Assembly (NCBI GenBank): GCA_000934665.2
Contig: KZ537971.1
Span: forward strand, 1-64,000
Direction of reading: 5' to 3'
Origin: Catajapyx aquilonaris
Taxonomy: Eukaryota
DNA: 64,000 bases
Position 1 is the stretch's first letter; every line of letters begins with the position of its first letter. Shown here in pieces: positions 27,030 to 38,896 of the stretch. The translations under genes and the position numbers were made by a program. The notes under the pieces were generated by a model. That model did not search any database. It was not told where the DNA came from and was given only the letters and a program-made list of their open reading frames with translations.

Positions 27030-30000
27030 TCAGAACCTAGTCTGCAGCGGATGCTGACTGCTGTCTCCTGGGTCGGCTATCCTGACAGTTTTGCTGTCGT
27101 TGTTATTGTTGTTGCCTCCAGCATCAGAAGACACATTGAGCTCAGCGGCATTGCCTCCTTGGGCGTCGTCGTCCACCGTCCTCAAGGTAGATGGCGACGA
27201 AACAGCGCTAAGTCGGTCGGAAGACCCAGAGGAGAACATGTCGCTGTGCCCAAACGGCGAAGGAGGAACTTGAAGGCAGAACTGAGACGGCGGACCTGCA
27301 CATGCAATGTCATATGTCATTACATGAATTCACTCTTGTCTTAAGCAGATCATGAACTGATCCTATGACACCTATAAGCTTGCTAGGGCTCCCACGTGGG
27401 GATTCAATTTCCGCGTGCAAAAAATCGCACTTAATCTACAGCAATCAACTCGTAAAGATAAACAAGCAGTACTTTTGGAATTATTTATATCGTTTTATAA
27501 GACACCGGATCTGTTCTTTAAGGCGCCGAGCGAAGGTCCCTAATGCTCAAGTCACCTTCACAGGGATCAAGACCTCGGTGCTTTGTTTGTCACCCCGCCC
27601 AACTGCCGAGATCACTGACTGTGTCGAGCCGAATTACCCCGCCTTATCTCAGTGAATAGCTTGGCTGAAGCAAATCACTACAGGCCCTCATATTTTATAA
27701 GAAGGTCATGTAAGTTTTACTGCGTACACTTGTGTACAGCTGGCACTATTCATCTGGCTGCTGATTAAGAAATACTGAGGGCGTTTTCCCATCAACATAT
27801 AGCGTGTTTTCTTCAAAAGGCTGATGATACAGGATTATACAGGATTGTTTATAACATATACGAAGCATATGTTTTTAAAAAGAATTTGCAATAAAAATTA
27901 CTGCACACGCAAGTGGAAAATATTGGATATTTGACCGCGACAAACCATAGGTATAAAACGTAATATTGGCACAAAAATTAATGCAATTTTACATACATAC
28001 AGTCATCACTATAATCGTAATCCTCAAGTAAGCCAATCCACAAGTTAGATGCCGGCAAAGTAATCGCCTTAACTGAATGCTTGTGTTTGTCGTAGCACGA
28101 CGAGAGCAGCCCTGACAGTCCCACACAACCTTGCGTGTTCAAAAATCTCATCATTATTGCAAAAAGTACCTATACACGTCATGAACAATTCGTGCAGTAG
28201 ATGTACACGTGCAGATAATTGAGACATACCCGCTTGCTACATATATCGCAACTCACCCATATTGGCCTCTTCTTGCAGTCGCCTCAACTCATCCAGATCC
28301 TTCTGAGAGCACAGCGGCGTGTCAACCTCGGAAGTGTTATGAAAAGTGGAATAGTCCACTGCAAACTGTTCCACATCCTTCTTGAAGGATATGATGTTGG
28401 CGAACCGATGCCCCCAGAGGATCTCATTGGGCAGGTACGACCGTCTCGCCTGAGTAGTCATCCCTGTGGACTCGATGACCCCTTCTAGGATGACCACCAT
28501 CTCAAACTTCTCCCTCATCAGGTCTGATGCAGACATTCCATACAGAGGACTTTCCTCGTTGATAACATGCACGATGGTGGTAGGCCAGATGAAAAAGATG
28601 CGGTCATCCGCACCTTCCCCACCCAGTTGCATCTCGTGCTGGTAGTACGGTATGACCTCTCCCTCTCGGGTCAGTCTCCTCTTGATCAGCTGCGCCCTCA
28701 CGTGGGCCTCGATTATGTGCGACTTCCTCATGTCACCTACACGGAACTGGATGCACAACTGGCCGTCCCTCTGGCAGATGACAGCGTTCCGACTGAACAG
28801 CAGCGTCTGCGTCCTCTTCTTCGGCCTGGAGATCTTGGCGAAGACGATCCCCACCATCAGGGCCTGGATGATGACCCCAGTGATGCTCTGGACGCACATG
28901 ACGAAGATGGCCTCGGGGCACTGCTCCGTGGTGAATCTGGACCCATACCCGATGGTGTGCTGCGTCTCGATGCTGAACAGGAAGCAGGAGGCGAACGAGT
29001 AGATGTTGACCACGCATGGGGTCCACCCGTTGTCCTCTTGCTCGTTGGGAAGGTGACCTGGCTCCAGGTCACCATGGGCCAGCATGATGATGAACCAGAT
29101 GCCGGCAAATGATAGCCAGCTTAGGATGAAGCTTAGGGAGAATACCAGCAGAGTCCAGCGCCATTTCACGTCCACCAGAGTGGTGAAAATGTCCTGGAGG
29201 AACCTTCGGCTCCTCTTGGCCACGTTTGTTTGTGTTACGTTGCAGTCGCCATTCTTCAGAACCACTCGACGACGTGTTCTCCTCGACGTGAAGCTGAAGC
29301 GTGACGGACGGTACCTGAAGGAAGTCAACAATCAATCATTGGAACAACCAGGGCCACATTTATTTTCTATGACTGGTACCTCGTTAAACTGTTTCCTGGA
29401 GTAAACAATCCATCACTTATTCCCCTATACCTCGCTCCTGAAATGGGGACTTGGACAGTACACCCACTCGGGATATTCAAAAATATGAAATGCGTGTTTA
29501 ATATTAGCATATTCTGCCAGCGCCTTACTTTCAATATAACTGGGTCAGACTATCCATGCCAGATTACGATTACTACCATCTGGAAAACTAGGTTGATGGA
29601 ACACTCATAATTGGGCAAGAGTATCTGATGAGATGTGGGTTTGACTCACTCTGACATCCCCGCAAGTAATAGTATCTGGTTACATTTGCTTGAATCAGCA
29701 GTTCCAAGCTTTGATTTCCTCTTTGTCGTCTCTCTAGATAAATCTACACGTAACACCAATTTGGTAACTTATACGGTGCATATCATGTTGCTCTTATCGT
29801 TGCAAATGCATCAGAAATAACCATACCCGTGATTCACAAACATCATTTCAGTCTGGATGTAATGGTATAAATAGTTATGGCATAAAATTACCTAGACTCC
29901 CTGGCGAGAGTTATTAGCTCATGCGGCCAGTTTTACTGAAGATAAGAAATGACACTTGCGGGTGGGCGTATATTACACTGTAATCTCTTATCATTTTGTG

Positions 30001-33000
30001 ACTTATGGCATTTTCCCCAGTAGGACAACAATTTGCTGATGTGATATTTTAAAGCAGCGTGATTCCCAAAACGCATAAATCTGGTACAGTGGTCTATCAG
30101 TTAAGTAATGTGATAATTTTGGTTAAGTGCAACTCTAAATTTAATGTAGCATTAAAATTAAAATTGTCTGCCTTTTCCTTATTGTTTTTATTCTGATTGT
30201 TACTGAAATTGTGTACGTAGTCTAATAATTCTATATTGTTACCACTGATACAAATCGCATCGGAACAGTAGAGAACAATAAAGATAATGAGTCTTAACAT
30301 GGAGAGGTTAAGGATCAGATTACGAGTACTTCTCACCTGATATCAGATCCATACGCGCCCCAAGACAACTGTGCCCGCCTGTCAATCTGCCTTCGCTTCT
30401 TCCTCCACCTTCTCCACAACTTCCTTAGAACCAGGAACACCAAAGGCTTCTTGGCCATCCCAACCCACACTAACCCTTCGGTATCCCAAACCGCAAGTTT
30501 AGTCCTCAATAATAAGATTAGAAAGTGCCTGCACATCGTCCATTCTCAACCATACTGTTTACAATTCTTGCGAAAAGAGGTGCAAACGGACACCCAGAGA
30601 GTAAGACTGATTACCATCCAGCATTGAAAAACCCTGACCAAACTCAACATCTGACACGCTCTTTCCACAAATACCTGGTGACACGTGTGCCACACTATGA
30701 ATCCGCGGCACGTGTTTTGAAACCAATTTGTCCGGAATGAGTGTGCGAAGATGTGACAAGGAAAGCACATTCTCCTCTAATCCTCGACTGGCAGTTGGCT
30801 AAGTCACAATAGCCATTTGGCATCGGTTATATTTTTCTTCATTTTATTTTAGCGGCAAGGATAACACCCGAAATAATCCATCCAACCTATTTATATTTGC
30901 TTCCTCTTTTTCCTTTGTTCCAGTCCTCCTAATTGCAAGGTTGTGGCGGGAAATGTGACAAAAGATGTAAGGTCCCTCACCTTTAGTCAGGTTTTGCTCA
31001 TAAATTATCTTTTCCCCTTGAAGTTGCCAAAATGGGTGCCAAGTTCGCGGAGTGGTGCCACGGAAGGATGCGTTGCTGACAGATATGCTTTATAATCTGA
31101 ATCTTCCTGGCTTGGAGTAATGAACCACTAGAACCTTCCGCTGGGATAATTATAAGCACAAGGATATTTACATGGTAATTAGTGAGCCTCCAGCTACGTA
31201 CGTTTCTTTTACTGTCGAGGAGACGGTTTTCAACACGGGTGACGCTCGATCTGTGGTCCTTGAAAATAAAGTTGCGATGGTCAGTTTTGTGATTTGCAAG
31301 CTGTGCGTTATCTTTCATCATGTACTGTACAACCACTGCCCAAAGCAGCAAAATTTACCTAAATTGTAACTGTACTGAGAATATGCCAAATGTATACACA
31401 TTAAAAAATAATGGTCGATGGTCATAATTCTTAGTTGTTGCTACGGGCTGTGGTTTATCTGCCTGTCACAAAATTTGGCAACGATCAACCCAGTCAGGTG
31501 AAGTCATATAGTTACTTGAATCAAGCCGAGAATTAACAGTTGTTTGACAATTTCAAAATAGCCTAATGTTTCATCAGTGAAGGACGAATTAAATGGCCGT
31601 GATTTTGGCATAAAAAGTCTATCTTGGCTTAGGAGCACCCTTATGCCTCTTTTTATTATAAATACAAGACGCCTAATTTCGTAGTCCTCCAGGCGTAGCC
31701 TTGGTGTGCAGTACAAAATCCCAAATAGCTTCCAGTCCCCTTTATCTATTCTTAGAATCAGGAGATCAAAGTCGTCTGGCGTCGGTCGCAATGTCTCTGA
31801 ATATATTTTTTTTATCTTTTTCTTTTTCTTGGGTCCTAACTTTTGGGGTCACTCCCCGCGCCAAGACGGAAATAAATCTAACCTAAGTGAGCTTTGTCAC
31901 CTAACTGGGTCTACTGAATCTGGTGCAGTGCTTACAAAATTAGAGTGCAGGGTTTTTTTTCCAGATTAAAAACTGGATATGTATTACCCGTCAGCGTATG
32001 CGTAGTTCGTATAGGAGTACATCTTGCGACCAATCCCATCCCATGCAACCTGGTACTAACTACACAAAGGACTGAGAGTACGGAAGTAACGCCTCTATCA
32101 TTTATATTGTCACAAAATATTTGCATCAATGGGTTTTGACAGTGACGTACATATCGTATATGATGGCATGAAACAATGCATGAAAATGAAATTTGCAGGC
32201 TATTTTGAAGGTTGGGCACTTGGGCAGGTCAGTAGCTATTAATATTCGTGTCGTATTCCCTACTGTGGAAAGGGTTTTAACCTTATCGCATGCCTGCAGG
32301 AAATGAATATTAATCACTTATATAGTGTGTGGCTGCACCACCAGCTGACAGTAAATTAGTCGTAATCTTAATAGAAAACAAATTGAATCATTGACACTCT
32401 GTTGTGCATTATGAGTCAACAAGTGCGCCTGTCGAGATTGAGTGTCTGCAATGATTTACAACCATGTGGGATAAGCGGAAAAGTCCTTACGTAAATTCAG
32501 TATTAAAACATGTGTGCCTTACAAAAAAAAACACTGACTTGTTGAATATTGTCATTAAAATAACTTTTTCTCCCTGAATGCTAAAAACAAACAGGAGGCC
32601 AACTTATATACTACTGTAACGGAGGGGGGCACCTTCGCCTTCTATATGTAACAGGGCTCCCAAGGTTTCTTTTCTAATTCTTTGTGGGACCAAAACATTC
32701 AAGAATTACCAGCACACCTACAAATTTAAACAAATAAAAAGCCACCAATGAACGAACATGGCAAAAAATTGTTACAAAAAAAAACACCTTCTAAAAACCA
32801 AGTAGCGCTGTTTTTTGAGCAAATAATAACCAACAGCTTAATAAAATTGTACCAGTGTTTGCGAGTAGGTAGATTTATTTTGCTCTATTGATATTGGCGT
32901 GAAATGCGATCCAAGCAGTGCGCAAACGGAAGTGTCATTTACGCTCGACTGGTGCATATCAAAGAGATTTCAATCAACAAAACCTCAGGCCAGCACATTA

Positions 33001-36000
33001 TAGCTGACAATTGCTGATATATAGACCCTACGCTAAATAATACCATTTCATTAATTCCTTCATCAGGATTTTTATTATTATTTGCAACGAGATTTCCATT
33101 GAAGCGAATGACGCCTGGCACTTCATCCGTGGCATATGAAAAACCCTCCTTCAAGGACGATCATTTGGAATATACACAGTTTGGGTTGGATTTAATGCAT
33201 TCAAATGGCTTGTTACGTGTACCCCACAATCCCAAGGCTTACTACTATCTGTAAAACTAGTCAGGAGTCGCTTCAGGATGTAATTATGCTGTCAGTGAAG
33301 ACGTACCAAAAGTGACCGCTGTTATTGCCTGAATGCATGCAGACTGCACATGCTCGATACAATTATGCTAATCGTGGATTAACAACAATAATATAACGTT
33401 TTGTATATATGTTGACCTTGCAAGATTGTAAAGGAGCGTCGCGATGTTACATGGGACACTTACTCAAATATCAGTATTTAAAGACCAATACAATATCCCA
33501 TATTAAAATCTACCAAATGAACAAATGGTATATACTGTACAGTACGTGGGATTACAGGATTAGATATGTCACCCCATATTACTTGATATCTTTAGTGAAA
33601 AGGATGTAGACGTCATGTCGCACAGCGTGGAACTCGCCACTGGCGGCTAGACTATAAAGCGAATTTCCTGCTCATCCCAACGGAAGTGAATCAACATGAT
33701 CGACGATAGCTGAGCACCACAGTATATTATCAAAGCGGCGTGATACCGGTCCAGAGTTTACAAAAAAAAAGTGCGCGTAAAATAGGGTCTTGGCAACAAA
33801 AGGAGGCAGTGACTGCATTATCGCCTCGTTTCAATTACCCTGTCACCTTAATCGCCTCCATTGTCACTCTAAGCATGCAAGCAGGTGTTATGGACACATT
33901 GGCAAAAGAAGGCAGGAAAACAAGTGCCAGCATGTGCGTCACAGGCTGGCTCAGTCCGCGTACTGAATGCACAATTACACTCATTAATAAATTAATACCA
34001 ATGCTGGCCGCGTCTGGCACTGCCTCCAGATTATTAGGATTATTATCGTGCTTACCAACGTGTGCTCAAAATTGCGATAATTGCAACCCAACGCAACAGC
34101 TTGACCTTGACATGCAGGCGGTTAGGCTGGTTATAATGTCATTTTGTCCATAAGGCTTAGATCATGTGTGTCTAGGTCACACGTGCGCTGCTCCTAAGAA
34201 AACCCGACCTCGGCCTTTACACAACATTCGTGTCAATAATAAAATGGTCAATAAACGATGCGAGACTAATTGGCTGGCCACATACACATGTTTGAATGAT
34301 ACTAATCCATTTATGCTGCGGTTGGCACCGACAAGAACGAGTGGTTAGCAGGCAGTGTATTATGACAAGCCAGCTTTACACGGAAACGAATCGGAAGAAA
34401 CAAGCCAAAAAAGCTGGAATCAAGCCAGGAGGAAGCCTTTGCCAACATACACTCCTATACCTCATGGTAATATTTTTCTACAGCCAATTGACGCCTCTGT
34501 AAGACATCATATGATCCCCCCCCCTCCCCCTCTCCCCTACATACACGCATTTGTTTGCACATTCGAGAATCGTTAGTCATGCGGGCACAAACCGTGTTGG
34601 TAGCTAGAAGCTATAGCACTGAAGCATAATAGTGTTGGGGGTATGCTGCAGCTGTCGACCTTAGAAACCTCTAAGTACCTAGGAACGTAACACAGCTGCG
34701 GCTAACAATGAACCTTTGTGCAGACACATGTTAGGATATTTTACATACATTTTTGTTACGCGGGAATACTGTCAATAAATATTAAGTTACTGCGCAATAT
34801 ACGAGTATGAATAATTATGTTGCCTATCAATATGCAGGCAGTAGTAAAAGTCGCTCTACTACGCATGTAAATATGGTTCTTATAAATGTATTTAAAGCAA
34901 TATGGCAGCGAAGTGGCTGCCAATATTTTGACTCCTCAGATAGAACTTTTTTCTAAACCAAAGCCAGGTGGACCAATGAGGGGGAAGCCATCTGAAAATA
35001 TCTTCAGAACTAATTTCGCCCTGTTTTACGGCTGACGGAGCAAAGACCTACATTTCAACAGTCGTTTCTTCCCATCTTCCGTCCCCTTTCCTCCCCGAAC
35101 TAAGTTCAACCCGCCTCTTTTTTCGAATAATTATTTTGGGTTCCCTTTTGGTCTATTCTTACCCACGGACGAGAGAGGGTTTCACTTTTTCTCTCTTATT
35201 TTGTCACTCAAGTTCTTGTGGCGGCGGGAGAGTGGAAAGAGAATGCTTGTCTATTGTCACCTGTGTTGCCTTTGGGCAACATCCAAGTTCGCCCACGTCA
35301 TGGACCCTGTATTTTCACTTTCAACCCGTAACTCTGTCAGACACGTGATGATAATTCGTTTGATACGTGTGTTATTAGTTAAGTGCGCAAAAATGACACG
35401 GCAATTTCCTAAAGTGAGGTATGAAGGACTCTGACAGATTCAGTGGGGAAGAAAATGATGCCCTTGAGTTACCTTTTGTTTACCTGGAATTGCAAGGTAA
35501 AAATGTTGGGTGTTCGTGGGGATATCCCCAGAGTAGGCCGCAGGGAAGTTTATTTTTCTGGCAATTTATCGCCGCTGCAAACACTAATTTAGGTCGTATT
35601 TGGATTCGAATCTGGGTTACTGCAGATGGGAAATTATACCGATCCATTGTTGATACAGAATCTCATAGCAGATGCTTTCAATTTGTTCGTTGATTACGTA
35701 TTACGTACAGTACAAAATTGCCAAAATCTTGAAGCGCTCGTATACTCTTTCAGGTCAATGCCATGAAAGCCAAATTTACACGCAGTAAAAGGTAGAAGGG
35801 GCCAAAAAACTGTCAAGATTAAAAATCACGCCTTTAAGATAATTTGGCAGCATTTTGGGGAATATGATATGTTTTTACAGTTGCCAAAAAAAAAATCCGG
35901 GGAGCAGGAAGAGATTCACCAGGGTCATACCTGAAAAACTTGGACGTTTCTCCTTTCGGAGATGGCGAAGGCGACGAATTGAGTGAGAAACTGTGCAAAG

Positions 36001-36196
36001 GGATGTGCTTGAAGAACCTCCCAGGTCCCAATACACCATTAGCCTTCTTCTTCTTCCTCCTAATCCTCTTATTCTCCTGCGCTTCTCTATGTTCTCTCTC
36101 CACTTCGACCATGTCCACAACCCCGTCCAACATCTGAGTGGACGGGCTGCACTGATTGTCCTCCATCACTACAACTACTCTTTCCTCCATGTCCAT
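27030..36196 (-). CDS. Inward-rectifier potassium channel, paralogue B, ~529 aa with the distal first exon
   Basis: Exons 36196-35931, 29314-28257 (entire channel core in one exon) and 27295-27030; phases 2 and 1 are consistent. Pore 'FLFSIETQHTIGYG', 'KSHIIEAHVRAQL', 'YLPNEILWGHRF'. The first exon is less certain than the core. Confidence 0.9.
30337..30458 (-). CDS. Candidate alternative first coding exon of Kir paralogue B
   Basis: ATG at 30458, open frame MAKKPLVFLVLRKLWRRWRKKRRQ...GSDI, and a strong AG|GTGAG donor in phase 2, compatible with the 29314 acceptor. Confidence 0.5.
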
Positions 36197-38896
36197 CCGC
36201 TTGTTCCTCCTCTTCCTCCTCCTTCTTAACAGCGGCAGTGGCGAGGGTGCTCCTGAGGAAGACCGGGTTGCGGAAGAGCGGGCAAAGGGCGGTCTGTGCG
36301 ACCACCACCAGCACCGCCACCACCACATGGCCCAGACCACCAACACAACATCACATCACGTGGCCTCTTGTCTCGACCTTGACTCTGCCAAGACATCACC
36401 AGCATATTAAGAAACAAATATGCCCACGCCCCGGTACACACTCCCCTCCACCTTCCCACCCTTCATCATGTAATTGCACGTCCACCTATGTATGCATCAA
36501 CTATAGATTCATCACTGTCCAACATTACAAACCCCTGGAAATGGTTACGTCTGGGTGTCGTAAGCAGCAATTCCAGTTCCTCCCTAATTGCACTTACCTC
36601 GCTGTCAACCCGCAATTGCACTTTTGATAAGGGAACCTCCTTCCGACCTACGCACAGGATCCTAGCCACTAGATGACCCTTCCCACACCGGCGGTACCTT
36701 CCTTCCTGTATCTTAGGAACATACTACCCGTGGCATAGGAAGTCAAAGAGTGCAAGCAACAAGAAGGGCAGGAGGCATCTAGGCCCTCTTCCAAAATAGC
36801 TCGCACTCTCAGCAGGGGAGGCAGCATGCAGACACCTACGTCACACCATTGCTCGTACTCACACATTACACATACGGTGCGAAACATCGCACGCACATGA
36901 TCTGCTTCCTTCTACACAGACTTCCACCGGCTTTCTGGACAGGAACGAGCCGAGTCAGCCAATGGAAATTACAGCGAAATTTTTGCCAACATCATCACTC
37001 TGGTATGGCACATGGATGAACAAGTGGGACCAAGTGCTTTCTACCACCGGATCCGGGGTTACTACCCCGGAAAAATTTTTGCATGCCCGTAACGCTAACT
37101 TTGCACGGTTGCAAGGCCAACATTTTGTGGTCATGCACCTCGTCTTGTGAAATACGAACCGCCATTTTTTTCTTCTTCTTCATATCTGAGGGGGGAAGTC
37201 CTCCTCGCATAAAACAAAAGCTCCCTCCTCTGAAAGGCCAAGGGTGACCTTGCGACTTGACGGGGGCCATAAAGTCACTTTAGAAGTAGGCCTTAAGTCA
37301 TTGCGGGTAATAGGATAAGTCGTCGAGTTGGACGAGCCAAAACAAAAGCCACTGGCATACTCGCAGGAAGTCGAGGCTCGTATAAGACCTTGAGAACCAC
37401 CCCTTTTCCATGTGACCCTTAGTAAAACGTGACCTATCCCATTCACGTTACAAATTGCGGATTGTACAGCACCCTAAAAATTATGTCAATATTCAAGGAA
37501 ATCCTTTCAAATATGGGAGGCCACTATGACAGGAAGGTGTGGCATGTCAGTATATCATCAGAATTACATAAGAAATTGAAGCATGCTTTGAGTCACGTGA
37601 CGTCTCAAAATGCTGGTTTTATAGCCATGACGTGAAACAGCTACTCACATGAGAGATGAACACTTTTTTCGCATTCCACATCCGACGCCCCCTCTCACAC
37701 ACTGCTACACACATATATGGGGGGTTCTACATGTATCTGTTGGATCAAATGCACCTGCAAGCCTGTTCACTAGTCAACATGCAGACTGGGAAATGTTGAA
37801 GAGCGGATGGGAATTTTCTACACCCCTCCATCTACACCACCACAATTACACTACAATAATACTGCAAAAAATTGCACCTGCCTGATTTACCTTGAGTGGT
37901 GGCCCCTTCCGAACCGGACAAAAACTGGTTCCGATTGCTCCTTTCACCCCACATTTAATACCATTTTACTCCGTTGTATCGCATCTGGGGCGTGGCTGCG
38001 GTCAGCAGTTATCTGCCGTATCCGGTGACTATGCCGTTTAACAAAAAAATAGGCAAAGTCAGCCGGCATGGACTTGCCCTTGACTTTCGCGTTGTCCCAA
38101 ATAATTCGTAACCTTGAGGAAATCCCTGCAGTCCATCGCAATTCATGATAGACGTGAGGCATAAACATGTCATGGACAAGTAGACGCTTTTTGTACCTTC
38201 CGCCTCCCCCCAATTCCGACCTCCGTCATGACCCTGACGTCACTGGAAATCCCTTGCTCTTTTTTCAGTGGAACTAATGCACTTTAGGCCATTTTATTCA
38301 ACTTCTAAGAAACATCCTTGTCGTGACAATTTGACCCAACCTTCCCTTGAGCATACTAATTATTGAGCTAGGAGTGATGTCACCCTAAAATGGACAGCAG
38401 AACCTGCACCTATCCTGCTTACAAGATTATTCAATCCCTAGAACAGCTGCCAAGTGGACAGTACAAGTAGGTAACTCTGACAGAAACCACTATATGCACA
38501 AAAAGTTACGTCAGTACTGCGACCCTGGATTGCAAAGGACATTTAGGAGACTGAGGGAAACAAGGGTAATTAAAAAAATGGTCGAAACCGCACCCAACTG
38601 ATGGCATCTGCAATTTATCGCAGCAGGTGTGAAGATCTCTCTTATCTCCTCATCACAACATCCCTCTTTCAGTAGGTGACCTTCGCTTTGGAATGTAATT
38701 TAACGCCTACTAGTACAGTGTCAGACAGCTTGGCGCTATTTTTTTTTTGCGGCCCACTGGACTATTCAAATGTGTTCTGGAATATTCTGTAGATATGACG
38801 GATTAAGTCCCATCATGCTTTGGGACGTCCAGATAGGTTTTAAAAACAAGGGAAGACTTATGAACACCCTTCAGTTTGACTGGATCTTTGGTTGAA

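Noticed and set aside
18575..29331. The two Kir cores as mutually exclusive cassettes of one gene, or as an assembly duplication
   Set aside because: Each has its own first exon, B has its own stop-containing last exon, and their sequences and intron structures are clearly diverged.
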